Shown here one piece after another: positions 57,813 through 64,000 of a stretch of DNA of 64,000 nucleotides. The notes beneath the pieces are model-generated. The model ran no database searches. It was not told the origin of the DNA and saw only the letters and a list, made by a program, of their open reading frames with translations. Origin of the DNA: a virus. A program made the position numbers and the translations under genes. The stretch is taken from positions 32,001 to 96,000 of IMG/VR virus record IMGVR_UViG_3300032224_001591; one strand, 5' to 3'. The stretch's first letter is position 1; every line of letters begins with the position of its first letter.

Positions 57813-58478
57813 ATGAAAAAACAAATTAACGAAATTAAAAGAATGCAGCATATTGCTGGATTAATCACTGAAAGCGAATACCGTCAATCATTAAATGAAG
57901 AAACTAATGAAGAAACACTTGATGATGTTACTTTTACTTTAGATATGGCATTAAATAATATGTTTCCAATGTATGGATTTAAAGCAGGAGACACAGTTAC
58001 AGGTATTTTACCAGCTGAAGAATTTGCTGATGAAACTAAACGCAATAGTGCTGAGGATTTTCAAGCAGCACAAGCTTACATTAAGAATAAGGGAGGAGAA
58101 ATAAAAATTAATTCAAGTGATCCTTATCTTATGTTTAGAAATATAAACATAACATATAAATTGAAAGATAATGGAGATATTGAATACGCAGTAGAAGTTC
58201 CAGCTAAAAAAATGGACGAAGCTGAAATAAAAGAAGAAGAAAAAGGTCTTCCTTTTTTACTAGCTAAAACATGGTTAAACGAATATAATGGTAATATTCA
58301 ATTTGCGGTCCGTACAGAAGAGATTATAGGTTTTTTATACAATTTAAGAGATAAAGAATTTAAACAATATAAAGGAGAAATTGAACGTATGTACTTACCA
58401 TATAAAAAAGCTAAAGACGCTTTTGAAAAGTTATGGGATGAAGCATCTGTTTTTTCAGATAAAGATCTTAAAGACTAA
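57813..58478 (+). CDS. Putative capsid cargo protein (RMQ-x-x-AG leader)
   Basis: MKKQINEIKRMQHIAGLITESE. Confidence 0.7.
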   Translation: MKKQINEIKRMQHIAGLITESEYRQSLNEETNEETLDDVTFTLDMALNNMFPMYGFKAGDTVTGILPAEEFADETKRNSAEDFQAAQAYIKNKGGEIKINSSDPYLMFRNINITYKLKDNGDIEYAVEVPAKKMDEAEIKEEEKGLPFLLAKTWLNEYNGNIQFAVRTEEIIGFLYNLRDKEFKQYKGEIERMYLPYKKAKDAFEKLWDEASVFSDKDLKD

Positions 58479-58479
58479 A

Positions 58480-59111
58480 TAAATAATAAAAACATAAAAC
58501 ATGGCAAACGATTTTAAAAGAATGCAAAAATTAGCAGGTTTAATTACCGAAGCAAAGGCTGAAGTATATTCTTATGAGGCAACTCCGGAAAAACAAGCTT
58601 TATACGATAAAATTGCTACAGAATTAGAAAAACTTATTAAGGATATAGCTTCAAAACTAAAAATTAAACCATCTAACATTAGAATATCATGTGATGGGTT
58701 ATGGGATGATGGAGGTTATAAAAACAGAGGATTAGTAGTTCAAATTAAAGCTAATGATAATACATGGGAAAAACCATGGAAAGGAAATAATAGAATTATC
58801 CAAACCCCAAATAGTGAAGGTATATTAATACACCCCGGAATATCAGGTAATGGAATAGTTGGTCTAAAGTTAGATATGGATAACACGTATAATAAAGAAT
58901 TAGAAACTATTTACAAAAAAGCACGAGAACAAAATTTAGGTAAGTATGTATCCGATTTTAATGTTCAATTAGCAAACTCTCTTACACCACAAGAAATAAA
59001 ATTAATAGCACCAAACACTCCAATAATAGTAACCGGTAAATAATAAAAACATAAAACATGGCAAACGATTTTAAAAGAATGCAAAAATTGGCAGGTTTAA
59101 TTACCGAAGCA
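58480..59111 (+). repeat. 75-bp direct repeat (58480-58554 and 59037-59111) covering the initiation region and leader
   Basis: Identical except TTA versus TTG. Confidence 0.9.
58501..59043 (+). CDS. Putative capsid cargo protein (RMQKLAG leader)
   Basis: MANDFKRMQKLAGLITEA. Confidence 0.7.
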   Translation: MANDFKRMQKLAGLITEAKAEVYSYEATPEKQALYDKIATELEKLIKDIASKLKIKPSNIRISCDGLWDDGGYKNRGLVVQIKANDNTWEKPWKGNNRIIQTPNSEGILIHPGISGNGIVGLKLDMDNTYNKELETIYKKAREQNLGKYVSDFNVQLANSLTPQEIKLIAPNTPIIVTGK

Positions 59112-59567
59112 CAATCACAAAAATCAAAATATATCCTTACAGATGAAGAGGGTGATGTTTATTTAAACGACGATGCTATCAAATCATATCTTAAATCAGT
59201 AATCAATTCAGAAGAAATTGAATCTGTAAACGATTTTATGAACGATGAAGAAGGATTTGGAGAATCAGCAATGCATTTCTTTAAAGATGGTAGTGAAGAT
59301 ATATCGGATAAAGATGTTGAAGATTGGGCTAAACAAGAAATGAGCTACTATTTATATTCTGAACCTGATGAATTTCCAGGCAAAGAATTAAATGAAAATA
59401 TATCTGATGAAGCTATTGACCGTATGGAAGGTTTAGCTAACACACATCATTTATCAACTTTAAAATTCAGTTTAGAAAACCTAGTTCCAGAATGGATACA
59501 AGATGGAGGATTTGATGAAGATGATGTAATTGATTATTTAACACATTTAGTAAGAAACTCATACTAG
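59058..59567 (+). CDS. Putative capsid cargo protein (RMQKLAG leader), acidic
   Basis: MANDFKRMQKLAGLITEA. Confidence 0.7.
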   Translation: MANDFKRMQKLAGLITEAQSQKSKYILTDEEGDVYLNDDAIKSYLKSVINSEEIESVNDFMNDEEGFGESAMHFFKDGSEDISDKDVEDWAKQEMSYYLYSEPDEFPGKELNENISDEAIDRMEGLANTHHLSTLKFSLENLVPEWIQDGGFDEDDVIDYLTHLVRNSY

Positions 59568-59611
59568 TAAAAAAAATCATATATTTATTATAAACATATA
59601 ACTGATAAAAC

Positions 59612-60121
59612 ATGAAAAAACAAATTAACGAAATCAAAAGAATGCAACTTATCGCTGGTTTAATTACTGAAAGTGAATATCAAGAGTCAATGACTAAAAT
59701 AGACGAATCTAAAGATATTAACCAAACCCTAACATCAGGAGGTTTTGATCCTATCGATGATGAAAAATTATTGATGAAAGCATCAAAAATTCTATCTTTA
59801 ATAGGTGGTAATCCAAGTGCAGAAGCAGTTAATGCTCTTGTTATGGTTATTGAAGATGCTGAAGGTGGAAATATATCTTGGAATGAATCAATGAACGAAG
59901 CTGAAGATACTTTATCATCATTTAAATCATTAGATCAAATGAATGATTATCTTGAAAAAGGTGGTTGGGATCCATATGAAGTAGCAGATGAAAAAGCAGA
60001 AAAAAAAGGTTTAATGTTAATCAACAAATATATTAAATCTAATATTTTAGATAAAGGAAAAACTTTATCCCCAAATAAATTAAATGCTTTGTTAATAAAA
60101 ATCGAAGATTTACTTCCTTAA
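59612..60121 (+). CDS. Putative capsid cargo protein with two related internal modules
   Basis: MKKQINEIKRMQLIAGLITESE; GGFDP...AVNALV and GGWDP...KLNALL. Confidence 0.7.
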   Translation: MKKQINEIKRMQLIAGLITESEYQESMTKIDESKDINQTLTSGGFDPIDDEKLLMKASKILSLIGGNPSAEAVNALVMVIEDAEGGNISWNESMNEAEDTLSSFKSLDQMNDYLEKGGWDPYEVADEKAEKKGLMLINKYIKSNILDKGKTLSPNKLNALLIKIEDLLP

Positions 60122-60151
60122 TAAAACATAATTAAAATAAAAATTTAAATT

Positions 60152-60176
60152 AAGCTTGGGAAACCAAGCTTTTTTT
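60152..60176 (+). terminator. Intrinsic terminator
   Basis: AAGCTTGG-GAAA-CCAAGCTT plus T-run. Confidence 0.75.
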
Positions 60177-60204
60177 ATTATCGTTATCGGAGACAATAGA
60201 GGTT

Positions 60205-61485
60205 ATGGCATTTTACTTAATAGAAAATACGGAACAATTATCAACGTTTTATTACCAAGAGTTCAAACGAGCTTTTGTAGAAGTAATTCCGTTTAATGAT
60301 TTAGTACACCCAACCTTAAATAAAGTATCATTAGTGTATATTAAACCCTTAACGGATGATAACGAAAAAGGTTACATGATATGCATTGACCATAGTGAAG
60401 CATTAAACGTGCAAATAAAACACGTAAATCAAGTACTTAAAAGCTTTGACGAAATATATGTTAGAGACAAGAAAACGTTTTTATACTACTTTCAACTTAA
60501 AAGCAGCTTAGACATTACCCACACCACTCCTACGTATATACACCCCACAACGCAAGTCCACACACATTTTTATAATACGTATTCTTCGCGACTTGATATA
60601 AACCGCATTATACCGCTAGTTAAACACTACCAACGTTGTGAAGCCATATTTGAACAAGTAAAAGATCATTGTGTAACCTTAACTAGTAAAACAAATGATG
60701 TCTTAGCATATTCATTTCTATTTATTGAAAAAAACGGCATCAAAATAGATGAAACATTATTTAAACAATACTTTAAACCTACAAATGAGTCATTTAGCAT
60801 TAAAGACGGTAAGATTTATACACAATATAACTTACATACTACAACCGGACGCCCCTCAAATAGTTTTAACGGCGTTAATTTCGCGGCTCTAAACAAAGAC
60901 AACGGCTGCCGACAAGCATTCATACCGGAACATGATCGATTTATGGAAATCGATATTTCCGCCTATCACCCAAATATAGTAGCGCAACTTGTTGATTATC
61001 GGTTTGATAAACCGATTTACGAGGCATTTGCCGAATATGCTGGTGTTGAAATAAAGCAAGCGAAGGAATTGATGTTTAAACAACTATACGGAGGAATATA
61101 TACGGAATATAAACAATGGGAGTTTTTCATTAAAGTACAGGAATATATAGATAAAATCTGGGAACATTTTGAAACGCTTAATTGGGTTATGGTTCCGAAT
61201 TCGGGTAAGTATTTTTATAAGGATAGATTGGGTGAAATGAATCCGCAAAAGTTGTTTAATTATTTTTTACAAAATTTGGAGACCGTAAATAACAGTCGTA
61301 TCATTCAGGATATAATTAAGGTTTTAAGAGGTAAAAATACAAAGTTGGTTCTTTATACTTACGATGCGTTCCTGTTTGACTTAGATGATACGGAAAAAGA
61401 TATTATTGACGAATTAAAAGAGATATTCAGTTCCAGGGAACTGCAAATAAAATATAAATATGGAACAGATTACGACTTTGAATAA
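60205..61485 (+). CDS. Compact, atypical family-A DNA polymerase-like protein
   Basis: TTGRPS, EIDISAYHP (motif A), AKELMFKQLYGG (motif B), YTYDAFLFD (motif C). Confidence 0.75.
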   Translation: MAFYLIENTEQLSTFYYQEFKRAFVEVIPFNDLVHPTLNKVSLVYIKPLTDDNEKGYMICIDHSEALNVQIKHVNQVLKSFDEIYVRDKKTFLYYFQLKSSLDITHTTPTYIHPTTQVHTHFYNTYSSRLDINRIIPLVKHYQRCEAIFEQVKDHCVTLTSKTNDVLAYSFLFIEKNGIKIDETLFKQYFKPTNESFSIKDGKIYTQYNLHTTTGRPSNSFNGVNFAALNKDNGCRQAFIPEHDRFMEIDISAYHPNIVAQLVDYRFDKPIYEAFAEYAGVEIKQAKELMFKQLYGGIYTEYKQWEFFIKVQEYIDKIWEHFETLNWVMVPNSGKYFYKDRLGEMNPQKLFNYFLQNLETVNNSRIIQDIIKVLRGKNTKLVLYTYDAFLFDLDDTEKDIIDELKEIFSSRELQIKYKYGTDYDFE

Positions 61486-61933
61486 GCAGCGTAATATTTA
61501 TTGGGAGAATCTAAACGAAAGTTTTAACCTATTAAATATTACAGAATTGAATAATAGATTATTTTGTAGCTTTACTACCTTAGATGGCATCGATCCATTA
61601 GTAGAGAGTATAACAAATTCATATACGATAATGTACAACAAAATGTTTGTACTTTATATTAAGAGTACTGATGAGTACGTAGTTACATATAACGTTGAGC
61701 AAGGCAATGTTAGTGATATTCCTGACAATACTATATTGGTTCACAGGAAAAAGGAAAGCAATACATTATATACAATCAATGCGTTAAACGAGTTGATTAA
61801 AAAATTAAATGGTGGTGTTGTTAATCCTAAATTTATTATTGATTGGCAACATTATAGAAATTGTGTGTTGTTAACCAATCATAACGAGTTGAAACAATTG
61901 AATACTAAGATTTACAAGATAGTAGAGCTATAA
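61460..61933 (+). CDS. Hypothetical protein (start uncertain; may be TTG at 61547)
   Basis: LFCSF...TILVHRKKESNTLYTINALN. Confidence 0.6.
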   Translation: MEQITTLNKQRNIYWENLNESFNLLNITELNNRLFCSFTTLDGIDPLVESITNSYTIMYNKMFVLYIKSTDEYVVTYNVEQGNVSDIPDNTILVHRKKESNTLYTINALNELIKKLNGGVVNPKFIIDWQHYRNCVLLTNHNELKQLNTKIYKIVEL

Positions 61934-61959
61934 TATTTATACCGTACAAATAGAACACG

Positions 61960-62526
61960 ATGAACGAGTTTAAAAAAATGCAAAAATTGGCTGGTATTAT
62001 TACCGAGTCTCAATTAAACGAAGCTGAATTAGAAAATTATATGTTCTTTTCAAATTTAAAACAAATGAAAAGACAAATTGAAATGATGATGGAGATGGAT
62101 CCTGTTATGATTGATAGTATTCTTCAAAATGGCCATGATTGGGCTGACGATCATATTTCTGAAGCAAAAACTAATATGGATCAAGTATTTGATTTTTTAA
62201 AAAATGAAATGGATAAAAGTTATCCATTAAACGAAGAAGTATATGGTGGTCAATCCGTAGATAGAGGTGAAACTGGATCTTCAATTGAATTTGAAGTAAA
62301 AGAAAACACACCAGAATATTATACAATTGATTATACTATTACTCCTAATTCAAAATATTCATCTAGATCTGCTGCTAGAAATTATGTACGTACTAAAAAA
62401 AGCGGAACAGCACGAATTAAAAAAAATTACGATTCATCTCAAAAAGAATGGATAACAGTAGAAGGCGATAGTTTTCTCGTAGGTAAACAGTTCGCAAAAG
62501 AAATATTCGGCGATAAAATGGATTAA
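61960..62526 (+). CDS. Putative capsid cargo protein (KMQKLAG leader)
   Basis: MNEFKKMQKLAGIITESQLNEAE; AATATTTATA upstream. Confidence 0.7.
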   Translation: MNEFKKMQKLAGIITESQLNEAELENYMFFSNLKQMKRQIEMMMEMDPVMIDSILQNGHDWADDHISEAKTNMDQVFDFLKNEMDKSYPLNEEVYGGQSVDRGETGSSIEFEVKENTPEYYTIDYTITPNSKYSSRSAARNYVRTKKSGTARIKKNYDSSQKEWITVEGDSFLVGKQFAKEIFGDKMD

Positions 62527-62532
62527 AATAAA

Positions 62533-62591
62533 GAGCTTTCGAAAGAAAGCTCAAATAAACTTGGCTTAGCCAAAATAGGTTATTATATTAA
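62533..62591 (+). promoter_or_regulatory. Hairpin plus sigma-type promoter for SSB/recombinase operon
   Basis: GAGCTTTC-GAAA-GAAAGCTC; CTTG at 62560, 20-nt spacer, TATATTAA at 62584. Confidence 0.5.
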
Positions 62592-62614
62592 TGTTATAAA
62601 AAAATAGATTAGTT

Positions 62615-63445
62615 ATGGATTTATCAGAAATCAAATCGAGACTGAACGCAATGCAGTCAAACTCCAAAGGAAACGGAGGCGGTGAAAGGAAACAAGTATT
62701 CTTTAAACCAAGTGTCGGTAAACAAGCCGTACGCGTTGTACCAAACAAGTACAATAAGAAAAACCCATTTACCGAAGTATTAATTCACTATACTATCGGA
62801 AACAAAGCAATGATCTCTCCATTGAACTGGGGTGAAAAAGATCCAATTGTAGAATTTGCAAAAGAACTTCGTAAAACAAGTGACAAAGACAACTGGCGTT
62901 TGGCTAAGAAATTAGAACCAAAAATGCGTGTATTTGCTCCTGTAGTAGTACGTGGCCAAGAAAGTGACGGTGTCAAATTATGGCAGTTCGGTAAAGAATT
63001 ATATATGGATTTCTTGAACCTTGCAGACAATGAAGATGTAGGTGATTTTACTGACATCGCTGAAGGTAGAGACATTACTTTAACCACAGTAGGACCTGAA
63101 GTAACTGGTACTGCGTATAATAAAACAACTATTATGCCACGTACAAAACAAACACAGTTATCAGATGACAAAACATTGGTTAAATCATTGTTAGAAAATC
63201 AACCTAACCCAATGGAAATCTTCAAGAAATATTCTTATGATGAGATGAAACAAGCTCTACAAGAATGGTTAAATCCTGAAGATGAAGCACCAGAAGAAGG
63301 TTCAATTATCGATGATGAAAAAGAACCAGAAAGTGACTTACCTTGGGAAGATCCAGCTCCTAAAAAAGCAAATTATAGCTTAAACACAGCTAAAAAACCA
63401 GTGAGCAAAGCAGACAAATTTGATGCTATGTTCGACGACGAATAA
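62615..63445 (+). CDS. Single-stranded DNA-binding protein (T4 gp32-like)
   Basis: VRVVP, DPI, VKLWQFGK, TDIAEGRDI; acidic C-terminus FDAMFDDE. Confidence 0.75.
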   Translation: MDLSEIKSRLNAMQSNSKGNGGGERKQVFFKPSVGKQAVRVVPNKYNKKNPFTEVLIHYTIGNKAMISPLNWGEKDPIVEFAKELRKTSDKDNWRLAKKLEPKMRVFAPVVVRGQESDGVKLWQFGKELYMDFLNLADNEDVGDFTDIAEGRDITLTTVGPEVTGTAYNKTTIMPRTKQTQLSDDKTLVKSLLENQPNPMEIFKKYSYDEMKQALQEWLNPEDEAPEEGSIIDDEKEPESDLPWEDPAPKKANYSLNTAKKPVSKADKFDAMFDDE

Positions 63446-63469
63446 TCACAAAATAAAAATTAGTTATAT

Positions 63470-64000
63470 ATGGCAAAAGGTAAAAATTCAGCATCGCTGA
63501 CAGCGGCAGTGTCTTCTGAACTTAGAAGTAAGTTCGACTTGAATAAATTCAAGGAAAAAAAGATGTTGTCTGCGAACACAAAGTTCAAAGAACAAAAGTG
63601 GATTCCCCTTAGCCCTGCATTTCAAGAAATAACCTCTGTGCCCGGTATTCCTGCCGGTCACATTGTGTTACTTCGAGGTCACAGTGATACAGGTAAAACA
63701 ACCGCAATGATTGAAGCAGCAGTTTCTGCTCAAAAAATGGGTACATTACCTGTATTTATTGTTACTGAGATGAAGTGGAATTGGGAACACGCAGTACAAA
63801 TGGGATTAGAAATTACTCCTGTACCGGATCCAACAACCGGCGAAATTACTAGTTATGAAGGTAATTTCATTTATGTTGACCGTGAATCATTACATACAAT
63901 TGAAGATGTAGCAGCATTTATTTTAGATTTAGTAGACGAACAGAAAAAAGGTAACTTACCATTTGATTTATTATTCTTATGGGATAGTATTGGTTCAGTA
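63470..64000 (+). CDS. RecA/UvsX-like recombinase, 3'-truncated; missing from ORF track
   Basis: Hand translation MAKGKNSASL...PGIPAGHIVLLRGHSDTGKTT (Walker A)...FIVTE...LFLWDSIGSV (Walker B). Confidence 0.8.
   Translation, partial: MAKGKNSASLTAAVSSELRSKFDLNKFKEKKMLSANTKFKEQKWIPLSPAFQEITSVPGIPAGHIVLLRGHSDTGKTTAMIEAAVSAQKMGTLPVFIVTEMKWNWEHAVQMGLEITPVPDPTTGEITSYEGNFIYVDRESLHTIEDVAAFILDLVDEQKKGNLPFDLLFLWDSIGSV

Noticed and set aside
299-63171. Other short minus-strand ORFs in the track
   Set aside because: They overlap well-supported plus-strand genes and show no recognisable motifs.
1-64000. Stop-codon reassignment, tRNA genes, introns or inteins
   Set aside because: Standard-code ORFs tile the window at expected lengths, and TAA, TAG and TGA all terminate genes. 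No tRNA cloverleaf or intein motif was seen by eye.

Overview
AT-rich, gene-dense 64-kb segment of a large T4-like myophage with a contractile tail; every credible gene is on the + strand. The host is probably Bacteroidota, based on TTTG-N20-TAnnTTTG-like promoters and A-rich, SD-less translation starts. Order: (1-11 kb) modular, acidic or basic head-associated proteins with shared N-terminal leaders, plus an Hc1-like protein, ferritin-like protein, GIY-YIG endonuclease, FAD oxidoreductase and nucleotide kinase; (11-24.5 kb) terminase, portal, prohead protease, scaffold, major capsid, PhoH, neck and tail-terminator genes; (24.6-44.5 kb) a 3190-aa proline-free Gly-X-Y fibre with an S74 chaperone, three glycosyltransferases (one TibC/Aah-like) and three paralogous fibre proteins; (44.6-57.8 kb) sheath, tube, frameshifted chaperone pair, tape measure and baseplate genes; (57.8-64 kb) leader-plus-payload cassette genes, an atypical PolA, a gp32-like SSB and a RecA/UvsX-like gene. 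Two candidate undescribed systems stand out. First, a capsid cargo-loading code: small proteins start with a copy of the scaffold's C-terminal RMQKLAG helix followed by an I/L-x-E protease site, and another protein copies the presumed mature capsid N-arm. Second, a virion O-glycosylation system that may act on a giant Ser/Thr fibre and on [ST]-[GA]-S motifs in surface proteins. All family assignments come from motif recognition by eye; no database search was run.
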